This document shows, piece after piece, positions 17,414 to 26,795 of a stretch of 64,000 nucleotides of DNA. The translations under genes were made by a program, and so were the position numbers. This DNA comes from Phycisphaeraceae bacterium. Lineage in GTDB: Bacteria; Planctomycetota; Phycisphaerae; Phycisphaerales; Phycisphaeraceae. The notes below the pieces were generated by a model, which did not search any database, was not told the origin of the DNA, and saw only the letters and a list, made by a program, of their open reading frames with translations. The stretch is from NCBI GenBank assembly GCA_029260615.1, contig JAJDCX010000016.1, positions 1,464 through 65,463 on the forward strand, in the 5' to 3' direction. The first letter of the stretch is position 1, and the number at the start of each line of letters is the position of its first letter.

Positions 17414-18508
17414 TTGAGGGATCGCCCGTTCATGGCTGAGGTGCAGGTTATCCATCACATCGACGAATCGCTGGCGCATGAGGTGCGCCGGTTCCTTGCT
17501 GATGCGCCGGTTGGGGCGGGTGCATGCGGTGAGCACGATCCGGGTTGGCTTGCGGTGTTGCGCGAGTCGATGGGGCACATAACGATGGCGCTGATTGCAC
17601 GCGAAGAGGGTGCGGGTGGAATGATCGTGGGGTATCTGCCTTTGGCGTTGGTGAAGAGCCGGCTGTTTGGGCGCTTCCTGGTGAGCCTGCCTTACCTGAA
17701 TCGTGCGGGGATTGTGTCGGCCGATCCGGGAGTGCGCCATGAGCTGTTGGAGGCGGCGACCGAGTTGGCGGACAAGTTTGCGGTGCAGTACCTGGAACTG
17801 CGTCATCAGGAAAACTCACTGGAACATGTGTCGATCTCACAGAGCCGTGGGGACAAGGTGCAGATGATGCTTGGGCTGCCGGGGGAAGCGGAGGATTTGT
17901 GGACGGGGTATAGCGCGAAGGTTCGTAATCAGATACGCAAGGGGGACAAGGTTGGGCTGTCGATCCGTTTTGGTGGGCCAGAGTTGCTGGATGGATTTTA
18001 TGGTGTGTTCTCTACAAACATGCGTGACCTTGGGACGCCGGTGTATCCTCGGCAACTGTTTGGATCGATTCTAAAAACATTCAAAGGCGACGCCGAGTTG
18101 GCCGTGGCGAGTCACGACGGTCGGGCGGTGGCGGGTGCGTTGCTGATTCATGCCAGGGTGGATGGAGTGGTTGAGGCGCAGGTGCCGTCTGCCAGCAGTT
18201 TGCGCGATGCGAAGCACACGAATGCCAACATGTGGATGTACCATCAGTTGCTGATGCGTGCGGTGGGTCGTGGGGCCGGGGTGTTTGATTTTGGTCGATC
18301 CACGCCTGATTCGGGGACGTATCGGTTTAAGAAGCAGTGGGGTGCGAGCCCAAGGGCGGCGACTTGGCAGTATTATCTACGGGAGGGCGATGTCGGGGCG
18401 GTTAGGCCGGACAATCCGAAGTATCAACGGCGGATCGCTGCGTGGCAACGGCTGCCGGTGTGGGTGACCCGTCTGGTGGGCCCGAAGATCGTGAGAGGTA
18501 TCCCTTGA
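17414..18508 (+). CDS. FemAB-like / GNAT-fold acyltransferase of the PEP-CTERM-system-associated type
   Basis: 364 aa. C-terminal FDFGRSTPDSGTYRFKKQWGASP is typical of the FemAB-related proteins found next to exosortases. Alternative ATG at 17432. Confidence 0.6.
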   Translation: MRDRPFMAEVQVIHHIDESLAHEVRRFLADAPVGAGACGEHDPGWLAVLRESMGHITMALIAREEGAGGMIVGYLPLALVKSRLFGRFLVSLPYLNRAGIVSADPGVRHELLEAATELADKFAVQYLELRHQENSLEHVSISQSRGDKVQMMLGLPGEAEDLWTGYSAKVRNQIRKGDKVGLSIRFGGPELLDGFYGVFSTNMRDLGTPVYPRQLFGSILKTFKGDAELAVASHDGRAVAGALLIHARVDGVVEAQVPSASSLRDAKHTNANMWMYHQLLMRAVGRGAGVFDFGRSTPDSGTYRFKKQWGASPRAATWQYYLREGDVGAVRPDNPKYQRRIAAWQRLPVWVTRLVGPKIVRGIP

Positions 18509-20199
18509 GCGGCGAAGAAACTTCAAAACCCGAGTCGACGTCTGCGAGCTTGAGCGGGGCATCCGGGGTGCGGGTCTGGCCCGGGCTGACCGTGGTGGCG
18601 GTGTTGATGGGGCTGGCTTGGTATGGGACGTTTTCGCGTGTGTGGGTGCAGTGGTTCCCAGCGTGGTGGCGTGTAGATATGCCGTTGCTGGATCGTTTGA
18701 CCGGGGGGGATTCATATTACACACACGGGCCGTTGGTCCCGATTGTTGCGGTGGCGATTGCGTTTTACATCTACTCTCGGGTCGGCACGCCGGCCAAGCG
18801 GACGCGGGGATCGTCGATGCTGGGCTGGGCGGTGTTCGGGATGTTTCTGCTGGCACACCTGTTGTTTACGTTTTCGAGTGTGACGTTCGCGTCGGGGTTT
18901 GCGCTGCTGGGTGTGATGATGGGGGTGGTGCTGATCTGGGGTGGCTGGCCCCTGGTGCGTGCGTATGCGTTGCCGATCGCGTTGCTGTTTTTCATGGTGC
19001 CGTTGCCGTTGGCTTGGATCGACGGGATCAATTTTGAGTTGAAGTTGTTTGCCAGCAAGATGGCGCTGTGGTTGGCGAGCCATGTTTTCAGTGTGCCGGC
19101 GGTCGTGGATGGGAGTTATGTGCTGTTGAGCCCGGATGCGGATGGGTTGCCTAAAACGCTGGTGATCGAGAATGTCTGCGGCGGGTTGCGGAGCATCATC
19201 GCGTTGACTTTCTTTGCTGCGTTATTTGCGGCGTTGTGCAGGGCCACGGGCTTGTGGCGGTGGTTCTTGTTGTTGATGGCGTTCCCGGTGGCGATCGCGT
19301 GCAACGTGGTGCGGATCACCGGGCTGATCGTTGCGGCGCATCATCTGGGAACGGATGTGGCGGGTGAGCACGGGTGGTTCCACGACCTCTCGGGGATCCT
19401 CGTTTTTGCTTTGGCGCTAGGGATGATGTTCCTGCTGGAGTCGGGGGTGCTGGTGCTTGGGCGTATCCTTAAGCGGGACTGGTTCGACGCGAGGCTGTTG
19501 GGTTATCTCAATGCGATTGAGGGCGAGAAGCATGTGGCGGCGAGGACGTTGCATCCCGGTGTGCTCACGGGGTTGGTGTTGTCGGCTGCGTTGAGCGTGT
19601 ACTGGGTCAACCAGCCCCAGCCAGCGGCGGTGGGGGGTATGGCCAAGCAGGTTCTGCCTACTCGGGTCCAGGTTGGCGATGCTGTTTACACAAGCGGTGA
19701 CCTGGTGCTGGACGACAAGGTGCTGGCCATTTTGGAAACCGATGACTACGTTTATCGACGATTTGCCCGGGAGGTTGATGCGGGGGAGCCTGGGTTCGAT
19801 CTGTTGATTGTGTTCAGTAAGAATAATCGGCGGGGGACACACTCGCCGGAGCTTTGTATCCAGGGCAGCGGTGAGAAGATTGTTTCCAAGGGGCCGGTCT
19901 CGATCGGGACGGGGGTTGTGGAGAGTGGTGAGCCGCTTTCGATGCGTGAGGTGGTGAGCCAGGACGGTCGGCGGATGGTGTATTACCTCTACATCTTTAA
20001 GAGCGGTGATTCCTACACGACGAATTACACGATGCAGCAGGCGACGATCCTGCTGCACGGGTTGCTTAGGCGTGAGGCGGTGGGGGCGTTGATCCGTCTG
20101 ACGGTGACGGTGCAAGATGAGGACCTGGAGTCGGCACGCCGGCTTGCTCGGGACGCGGCGGCACGTCTGATGCCTATTATTGATAAGAACCTGCCTTGA
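18505..20199 (+). CDS. Exosortase (EpsH/Xrt family) fused to a C-terminal EpsI-family domain
   Basis: Polytopic N-terminal half with the exosortase landmarks YYTHGPLVP, catalytic-type Cys in ENVCGGLRS, Arg in NVVRITG and His-rich HHLG...HGWFHD. The C-terminal ~190 aa (DDYVYRRF, LLIVFSKNNRRGTHSPELCIQGSG) resemble EpsI. The start is either TTG 18505 (overlaps the upstream TGA) or ATG 18442. Confidence 0.8.
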   Translation: MSGEETSKPESTSASLSGASGVRVWPGLTVVAVLMGLAWYGTFSRVWVQWFPAWWRVDMPLLDRLTGGDSYYTHGPLVPIVAVAIAFYIYSRVGTPAKRTRGSSMLGWAVFGMFLLAHLLFTFSSVTFASGFALLGVMMGVVLIWGGWPLVRAYALPIALLFFMVPLPLAWIDGINFELKLFASKMALWLASHVFSVPAVVDGSYVLLSPDADGLPKTLVIENVCGGLRSIIALTFFAALFAALCRATGLWRWFLLLMAFPVAIACNVVRITGLIVAAHHLGTDVAGEHGWFHDLSGILVFALALGMMFLLESGVLVLGRILKRDWFDARLLGYLNAIEGEKHVAARTLHPGVLTGLVLSAALSVYWVNQPQPAAVGGMAKQVLPTRVQVGDAVYTSGDLVLDDKVLAILETDDYVYRRFAREVDAGEPGFDLLIVFSKNNRRGTHSPELCIQGSGEKIVSKGPVSIGTGVVESGEPLSMREVVSQDGRRMVYYLYIFKSGDSYTTNYTMQQATILLHGLLRREAVGALIRLTVTVQDEDLESARRLARDAAARLMPIIDKNLP

Positions 20200-20249
20200 T
20201 ACACCCCATCAAATCGCAGTGGTTGTCCTGCCGGGAGTGGAAGTGGAAC

Positions 20250-23200
20250 ATGACGATATACAGATACATACGAAAACTCGTCCGAAGTCGTGCCCTGTAT
20301 TTAACACCCGCTGCGGTGGCGGGGATGGTGATTTGCATGCTGCTGGTGGCCGGGTGCGGGGAGAGTGTTGAGTTACAACTCGAGCAGGCGCGGATTGCGA
20401 TGGCCAACGACCGTGCGGACCGTGCGTTGAGCCTTGTGGATGCGGTGCTTTCAGAAGACCCAACTAACCGAGAGGCGCTGCTGATCCAGGCGAGCGCCCA
20501 GGTCTCGCTGGGCAGGTTGGCACCCGCGAAGCTGGTGCTGGACAGGCTTGATAAAAGCCAGCCAAATGACCCGGCTATTTCCGGTGCGTTGCTTGCGTGG
20601 GCGGTCCACTCGGTGGATGAGATCCTTGCCAGCCCAACGTTTGCGCAGACGCCAAGCGAGGTGGATGCGTATGACGCAGCACGGTTAGTTGCCCAGACAC
20701 AGCTTGCGTTTCTTCGTGACCAAGAGGGTGTGGCTGATGAGGTGGGTTTTAGTCAGGCGTTGTTGTATCGCAGTGACCTGCGTAAGGGGCGTTTGCTTCT
20801 AAGGCAGGCCCGGCAGAAAATTGAAGAACTCGGCCAGGACGCGCTGGTGGGAGATAAGCCGACGGAGGGTGAGGGGCCGGGGCAGACGTATGGACATAAG
20901 TTAGCAGGGTTGGAGGAGCATCAGGCTAAGACACGCGATGATCTGATTGCCGGGCTGGAAGCGTTGCTCGATGAGAATCCTCGGCACACCTTAGCGGCGG
21001 ACATGTACCTGCGGATGGTTGCGGGGGGTGGGATGTGGGATCGGCTGATGGATCGGGCGGGCAAGTTTAGTGAGGTGACTGACCTGCCGGTGTTGATTGC
21101 AGACCAGACGTTGACGGTGCTGCTTGGGATGCCCGAGTCGGTTGTGCCGATGGCGGAGCGTATCGAGTTGGGTTGGAAACTCTTGCGGACAACTCCGGCG
21201 CAGGACGCCGAGTCTGACGTGAGGCGGGTCGCCAGCGCGAGGTTGTTTCTGGCTGGGGATCAGACGGACAAGGTCATGCCGATCCTGGATCAACTGATCG
21301 AGGAGGGATCGACCGATCCCGATGCGTTTTACATGTATGCTCAGGCTCTTTTTGCGACGGGGGATTACGAGAAGTGCCGGGAGGTGATGAGCCAGATGTT
21401 CCCGGCGATGGACTCGGTTGCGTCGGTGCAGACGTTGTACGGATTGACGCTAGCGCGTCTTGGCGAGGTGGCTGAGGCCCGGGTGGCGTTGCGTACAGCC
21501 AGCCGGTTGGACCCGACGAATAAAGTGGCTGCGGATGCTTTCGCCACATTGATGGCGCAGCAGGGCTTCATCGGCGCAAGCGGGGACGATGTCGATGCGT
21601 TTTATCAGTTGGACCCAACTAATCCCCGAGCGATCCAGTTCAAGCTGCAGCACGCGGCGGCCAGCGGGGACTCCCAGCAGGTCGCTGTGCTGTTGAGTGA
21701 GATCGAGGGCCGTGGGGAGCCTACGGCTGAGGAGATGGAGCTGTTATTTATTGGCAGCGACATGCTTGGCCGACACAACGCGGCGCGGCGTTGGGCGGGT
21801 GAGTTGGTGGCGATGCACGGGGATCGACAAGAGGCGTGGATGCGTCTGGCGTCGACCCAGTTGAGGCAGGGCGATGAGACGGGGCTTGCGGAGACACTCG
21901 ATCAGATCGCCCAGCGGTTCCCCGATGCGCCGGGTTCAGATCAACTTACCGGCGAGCTTTATTTACGGTCCCATCAGTACGAGCGTGCGGTGGCGGCGTT
22001 GGGCGTGGCGGTTGAAGCGGATGGTGGGAACACGGAAACCCGGATGGCGTTTGCGCGTGCGTTGGCTGCGGTGGGGCGGTTTAACTCGGCGTTGAAGCAG
22101 GTGCAGACGGTATTAGAAGCAGACCCGGGTGACACGGATGCACTAGCGCTTGGGGCGCGGATCGCCTACGCGGCGGGGCAGGGCGGGCTGGCGGATCAGT
22201 ACCTGGGGCAGATTGATTTAGATCAGGTAGACGTTGATGAAGACCCGGCGTTGGTTGCACAGATCCATCTTCGGCGGGGTGATCTGGACGCGGCGGTGGA
22301 GGTCTGCACGCGGGCGATCACGGGGGGGAACCTCTCGCCGATGCTGCGCCTGGTCTTGGCGGGGGTCTACCAGGAGCGGGGTGATATTGATCGGGCGGAG
22401 GAGCAGTTGGTTGCGCTGGTGAGGCATTACCCCAGCAGCTCCGAGGCGTTCGCGTGGCTTAGCCAGTTTTATGCGCGGTCGGGGCTGGTTGATCGGGGGG
22501 TGGTCAAACTAAAAGAACTTGAGGTCTATAACCCGACTCTTTCGGTGTTGACGCGGGCGGGTTTGCTTGGGGCGGCGGATCGGAAACAAGAGGCGATCGG
22601 TGTGTTGGACCCGCTGCTGGATCGGCTGATCCGGGAGCGGGATGCGATGGCGCCTGCGGTGGCAGACAAGGTTGCTGAACTGCACAAGCAGTTGGGCGAT
22701 GAGGCGGCGGCGATGGCGGTGTACGACCGGCTGTATGAGCAGCAGGCACGGGGCTCGTCGGGGTTGATACAGGAACTTATTGCCAGTTGGGACAGCGACA
22801 CGCCGGCGAGGCGTATGGCGAACCTGGACTCTGCGGCGGCGCGGGTGTCGGGCGATGACACGGCGGTGTTGATCGAACTAAGTCGGCGGTACGCGATGCT
22901 GGGGCGTGCGGACCAGTCGCTATTGGTTGTGCAGCGTGGGTTGTCCCAGAAGCCGGGCGATGAGGACTTGCTGGGTGTGAAGGCGGGGGTGCTGGTGATG
23001 CTGGGGCGCAACGGCGAGGCGGTGGATGTGTATCGGCAGGTGATCGAAAAGTCGCCTGAGAATGATGCGGCGCGTGTGCGTTACGGCAGAGCCTTGTCGG
23101 CGGATGGGAAGCGGTCGGAGGCGGAAGATGTGTTGACGGATTTGATCCGCAAGGGGGGAGCCGGTGGTCAGGCGGCGCGGGCGGCGTTGCTGGAGATGTA

Positions 23201-24791
23201 CCAGGAGCTTGGTCTGCACGGGCGGGTCGAGACGATGGTGAATGCTTTATTAGACAAGCTGGCGGTGGGTGAGGATGCGGGGTTGGATCGGGTTATTGGT
23301 AAATCGTTGATGAAGCAGGGCCGACATGCGGAGGCGCAGCACCGGTTGGGTGGGGTGGCGGCGGACTCGGCGTATTTCCCATCGGCACAGGTGTTGATGG
23401 CGCAGAGCCAGGCAGATGGGGGCGATATGCAGGGTGCGGCGTCGCGGGTTGGGGGCTTGGTGGCGGACCCGGTGATGGCGAGGCGTGTTGTGCCGGTGCT
23501 GTTGGGCATGGACTTGGGATCAAGTCAGAGCCGGTCGCTGTTGGTTAGGGCTGACAGTGAGATCAACGTGGACGCGTTGCCTTACGGTATGGCGTTGCGG
23601 TGGCTGGCGTTGCGGTTGAAGCTGGCGGATCTGCAGGGCGACTGGGCGTTGGCTGAGGCTACGCTCGAACGTGTAGCGAAGCTGGATGACGGGGATGATT
23701 CGGTGACGGCGTTGCGGGCGGTGCTGTTGTATCGTCGGGGAGAGCTACAAGAAGCGGCGGGGTTGTTGGCACAGTCGCCGAGGCTGGAGGGATCGGCGAC
23801 GGGGTCGCTAATTTCTCTGGCACTGGGTACGCAGGCACCTGAAGCGGGGCGGAAGCACCCGATGGCAGATGTGCTGGATGCGCTGACGGCGGGGGACCGA
23901 GATGGATTGGAATCGGCGGCGGCAACTTACACCGGGGTGCGCACGCTGTTTAGCGATGATGTGTTGGCTGGGTTAGAAATCCAAGGCGCTGGTGGCGGGA
24001 GCGTGATTGCGGCGTGTAAAGACCTGGCGATGGCGACGGTGGCGATGGAAGGGCAGATGCCTGGTTTGGCTGCGGCGTTGAGCGAGTCTGCGGTGGGGGA
24101 GGCCCCCGAGAGTTTGCCGGGGTATGCGATGCTTGCGGCGGCGGTGATTGAGAAGGGTGAGAGGATTAAGGCATTACACGGCCGGGTCCGGGGGTTTGCG
24201 GCAGACAGTTCGCTGGTGCTGATGTTGGATGCGATGGGTAAGGTGTCGGATGGGGATCACGGCGGGGCGGTCGAGCCTTTGCGTGAACTGGCGCAGCGTC
24301 ATCCGACCAATCCGCATCTGGCGTATCAACTTGCGCAGGAGCGGAATGCGGCAGGCCTGGCGGACCAGGCGGTGGAGGCGTTGACACCGATCGCAGGCAC
24401 TGATGGCCCTTACCGGCTGGCGGCTATGAATGATTTGGCTTACCTGTTGGCGGAGCGTGGTGGTGATGGGATCGAGCAGGCGGTCGGTCTGGCGCGGTCG
24501 GTTTTGGGTGCTTTGCCGAAGAGTCCGGCGGTGCTGGATACGGCGGGGTGGGTGGAGCATCGGCGCGGACGAGATAAAGCGGCGCTGGCGTTGATGGTGC
24601 AGGCCATCGGGTCGCTGTCGGATGTGCCCGAGGCGCACTACCACATCGGCACGGTGTATCACGCGCTGGGGCAGGACCGTTGGGCCCGGTATCACTTGGA
24701 GCAGGCGGCCTCTGGGCCAAGTGGTGCCAAGGGTGTTAAGCAGGCGGGGGATTTGCTCAAGCAGATGAGTGATACTCAAGCCTTGCCGTAA
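20250..24791 (+). CDS. Giant TPR-repeat lipoprotein (PrsT-like, PEP-CTERM system associated)
   Basis: 1513 aa from the ATG at 20250. Lipobox LLVAG-C. Sequence is TPR-like throughout (A/L-rich 34-residue periodicity, e.g. AHYHIGTVYHALGQDRWARYHLEQA). An alternative TTG at 20196 overlaps the exosortase stop. Confidence 0.7.
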   Translation: MTIYRYIRKLVRSRALYLTPAAVAGMVICMLLVAGCGESVELQLEQARIAMANDRADRALSLVDAVLSEDPTNREALLIQASAQVSLGRLAPAKLVLDRLDKSQPNDPAISGALLAWAVHSVDEILASPTFAQTPSEVDAYDAARLVAQTQLAFLRDQEGVADEVGFSQALLYRSDLRKGRLLLRQARQKIEELGQDALVGDKPTEGEGPGQTYGHKLAGLEEHQAKTRDDLIAGLEALLDENPRHTLAADMYLRMVAGGGMWDRLMDRAGKFSEVTDLPVLIADQTLTVLLGMPESVVPMAERIELGWKLLRTTPAQDAESDVRRVASARLFLAGDQTDKVMPILDQLIEEGSTDPDAFYMYAQALFATGDYEKCREVMSQMFPAMDSVASVQTLYGLTLARLGEVAEARVALRTASRLDPTNKVAADAFATLMAQQGFIGASGDDVDAFYQLDPTNPRAIQFKLQHAAASGDSQQVAVLLSEIEGRGEPTAEEMELLFIGSDMLGRHNAARRWAGELVAMHGDRQEAWMRLASTQLRQGDETGLAETLDQIAQRFPDAPGSDQLTGELYLRSHQYERAVAALGVAVEADGGNTETRMAFARALAAVGRFNSALKQVQTVLEADPGDTDALALGARIAYAAGQGGLADQYLGQIDLDQVDVDEDPALVAQIHLRRGDLDAAVEVCTRAITGGNLSPMLRLVLAGVYQERGDIDRAEEQLVALVRHYPSSSEAFAWLSQFYARSGLVDRGVVKLKELEVYNPTLSVLTRAGLLGAADRKQEAIGVLDPLLDRLIRERDAMAPAVADKVAELHKQLGDEAAAMAVYDRLYEQQARGSSGLIQELIASWDSDTPARRMANLDSAAARVSGDDTAVLIELSRRYAMLGRADQSLLVVQRGLSQKPGDEDLLGVKAGVLVMLGRNGEAVDVYRQVIEKSPENDAARVRYGRALSADGKRSEAEDVLTDLIRKGGAGGQAARAALLEMYQELGLHGRVETMVNALLDKLAVGEDAGLDRVIGKSLMKQGRHAEAQHRLGGVAADSAYFPSAQVLMAQSQADGGDMQGAASRVGGLVADPVMARRVVPVLLGMDLGSSQSRSLLVRADSEINVDALPYGMALRWLALRLKLADLQGDWALAEATLERVAKLDDGDDSVTALRAVLLYRRGELQEAAGLLAQSPRLEGSATGSLISLALGTQAPEAGRKHPMADVLDALTAGDRDGLESAAATYTGVRTLFSDDVLAGLEIQGAGGGSVIAACKDLAMATVAMEGQMPGLAAALSESAVGEAPESLPGYAMLAAAVIEKGERIKALHGRVRGFAADSSLVLMLDAMGKVSDGDHGGAVEPLRELAQRHPTNPHLAYQLAQERNAAGLADQAVEALTPIAGTDGPYRLAAMNDLAYLLAERGGDGIEQAVGLARSVLGALPKSPAVLDTAGWVEHRRGRDKAALALMVQAIGSLSDVPEAHYHIGTVYHALGQDRWARYHLEQAASGPSGAKGVKQAGDLLKQMSDTQALP

Positions 24792-24963
24792 AGCTTGTTC
24801 TTCAGTAGCAAACACTTGTCGCAGACCCGTATTCCAGGTGGATTGGGTGAGGGTTACCATAGTTTCATTTGTGTTGCTTCGTCCCGAAAGTGCCCGTAAG
24901 CGATGCTGTTGAACCCGCTGGCAATAAGCACGGCAAAAAATGATGGGTTATTGTGTCTATCTC

Positions 24964-24992
24964 TTGATATTCAATATACCGTCGGTTACACT
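24964..24992 (+). promoter_or_regulatory. Candidate sigma70-type promoter of the PEP-CTERM gene (TTGATA-N17-TACACT)
   Basis: TTGATA at 24964-24969, 17-nt spacer, TACACT at 24987-24992, in an AT-rich intergenic stretch about 100 nt upstream of the ATG at 25095. Confidence 0.25.
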
Positions 24993-25094
24993 CGACATGC
25001 CTGTCTACCAGTCAGGCTGGTTCCTTGGGGTGACGTGGAGGATGTGGGGACGTCTCTAACTGATCTGCGTATTGATTGCAGATGGGAGAAATCT

Positions 25095-26744
25095 ATGACT
25101 TGGATGTGGTCTAGGAGGTGCACTACCCGCATATTGTTTGTGATGGTATGGGCGTTACCGCTATTCGATGTGCAGGGTGCAGTTACATATCAGACACGTG
25201 CTTTGACCGGTGACGCTGCCCCGGACACGATAGCGGGTGTGGTGTACAGTAATTTATTTGTTCCTGTTATTAACGAAGCTGGGCAGACCGCATTCAAAGG
25301 CACTGTTACGGGCCCCGACGTTGACAGCACAAATAATATCGGTTTCTGGTCTGAAGGTGCGGGTTCTCTTGGTTTGGTAGCTAGAGCGGGTGACGCCGCG
25401 CCGGGCACGGAACCGGGGGTAAAGTATCGTGATTTTATCTCACCTGTACTCAACGGCTCCGGGCGCGTTGCTTTCCAGGCCATGCTCACGGGCCCGGGTG
25501 TCGATCTCGTTAGTGGTACGAATGACAGAGGTATCTGGTCGGAGGGCTCGGGTTCACTGGGCCTGGTCGCACGGGAAGGTGATGCCGCAGCGGGCACTGA
25601 GCCGGGCGTGGTGTACAGCTTCATTGGCGCACCAGCATTCAACGATGCCGGTCAGACCGCGTTTCAAAGCTCCGTGGTGGGGTCGGGTGTAGGTCAAGGT
25701 ATCTGGTCGGGTAGCTCCGGCTTACCCATGCTGGTCGCCCGATCGGGCGATGCCGCCCCGGGTGCAATACCGGGTAGAGTATTCAGCGGTCTTACCTCGC
25801 CAGCGCTCAACGGAACTGGGCAGACCGCGTTTATAAGCGGGCTTACCTATCCCGGAATGGATGGCTACGGACCCTTCGAGCAAGGCATCTGGTTGGGGGA
25901 CTCTGGTTCGCTGGGACTGGTTGCTCTGACAGGAGCAGCGGCCCCGGGTACTGAGCCGGGCACGCTGTTCAGTGATTTTAGTGGAAACGTAATCAATGGG
26001 GGCGGACAGGTCACCTTCATGGGCACGCTCACCGGCCCGGGTGTAAACGGCACAAACCATAGCGGCATATGGTCTGGGGATCCCGGTTCGTTAGGTTTGG
26101 TCGCCCGTACTGGCGACTCCGCGCCGGGTACGGTTTCGGGTGTGACATACAGCACGTTTATAGACGATAGTGTAGTGATCAACGGGGCCGGGCAGACCGC
26201 GTTTCTGGGTATCGTCACCGGCCCGGGTGTTGATAATACAAACGACCGCGGCATCTGGTTGGAAGGCTCGGGTTCCCTGGATTTGTTTGCTCGGGAAGGT
26301 GATGTGGCCCCGGGCACGGAGCTTGGCGTGCTGTTCAGCGGTTTCGACTTTAGCAACAAGCCCGTGCTCAATGCAGTGGGGCAGGCCGCGTTCCTAGGCT
26401 CACTCACCGGCCCTGGTGTGGATAACACCAACAACCGAGGCATCTGGGCGACAGACACCAATGGTGTTCTCACACTCGTTGCACGCACGGGGGATTTGTT
26501 CGATGTCAATGATGACCCATTGATCGATGATCTTCGCACAATCAGTTTGGTCAGCCTGATCGTGAACTCCGGTGGCCAAGACGGCCGTCCCACCTCCTTC
26601 AACAATGCGGGGCAGCTTGCTCTTCGCATCGAATTCTCTGACGCCACTGCGGGTATCTTTGTCGCGATAATCCCTGAGCCGGGGACCATGGTTTTGGTAA
26701 GTGTGGGGTTGGTGGTACTTATGCGAAGCAGGGGGGCGTGTTGA
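25095..26744 (+). CDS. PEP-CTERM-anchored secreted protein with about 8 tandem NxxGxxAF-type repeats
   Basis: 549 aa. GGGAGA SD box at 25084-25089. Signal peptide MTWMWSRRCTTRILFVMVWALPLFDVQGA. Repeats are GD(A/S)APGTEPGV.Y...(V/L)N..GQ.AF...TGPGVD..N..GIWS...GSLGLVAR. C-terminal sorting signal IPEPGTMVLVSVGLVVLMRSRG (PEP at 26673-26681). Confidence 0.85.
   Translation: MTWMWSRRCTTRILFVMVWALPLFDVQGAVTYQTRALTGDAAPDTIAGVVYSNLFVPVINEAGQTAFKGTVTGPDVDSTNNIGFWSEGAGSLGLVARAGDAAPGTEPGVKYRDFISPVLNGSGRVAFQAMLTGPGVDLVSGTNDRGIWSEGSGSLGLVAREGDAAAGTEPGVVYSFIGAPAFNDAGQTAFQSSVVGSGVGQGIWSGSSGLPMLVARSGDAAPGAIPGRVFSGLTSPALNGTGQTAFISGLTYPGMDGYGPFEQGIWLGDSGSLGLVALTGAAAPGTEPGTLFSDFSGNVINGGGQVTFMGTLTGPGVNGTNHSGIWSGDPGSLGLVARTGDSAPGTVSGVTYSTFIDDSVVINGAGQTAFLGIVTGPGVDNTNDRGIWLEGSGSLDLFAREGDVAPGTELGVLFSGFDFSNKPVLNAVGQAAFLGSLTGPGVDNTNNRGIWATDTNGVLTLVARTGDLFDVNDDPLIDDLRTISLVSLIVNSGGQDGRPTSFNNAGQLALRIEFSDATAGIFVAIIPEPGTMVLVSVGLVVLMRSRGAC
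25209..26640 (+). repeat. Coding tandem repeats (about 8 units of roughly 45-60 codons) inside the PEP-CTERM gene
   Basis: Recurrent peptide blocks GDAAPGTEPGV, NxxGQxAF, TGPGVD and GSLGLVAR, read directly from the translation. Confidence 0.8.
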
Positions 26745-26795
26745 AACACACCCTCACAGGATCAAATTGCGTTTAAGTGTATACAGAAAATTAAG

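Noticed and set aside
25190-26560. Regular ~150-bp periodicity that could be mistaken for a repeat array or CRISPR
   Set aside because: The periodicity lies entirely inside one long ORF and reflects protein repeats. The units are diverged, there are no conserved short direct repeats with unique spacers, and no cas genes are present.
25865-26749. 294-aa minus-strand ORF inside the PEP-CTERM gene. Similar long antisense ORFs occur at 24174-24860, 19417-20115, 2683-3447, 51612-52367, 50299-51063, 49677-50309, 7993-8646, 34385-34978, 43275-43757 and 9496-9978.
   Set aside because: All are antisense to genes with clear family signatures. Their products are Pro/Arg/Ser/Gly-rich low-complexity sequence. 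Stop-codon poverty in GC-rich DNA explains them.
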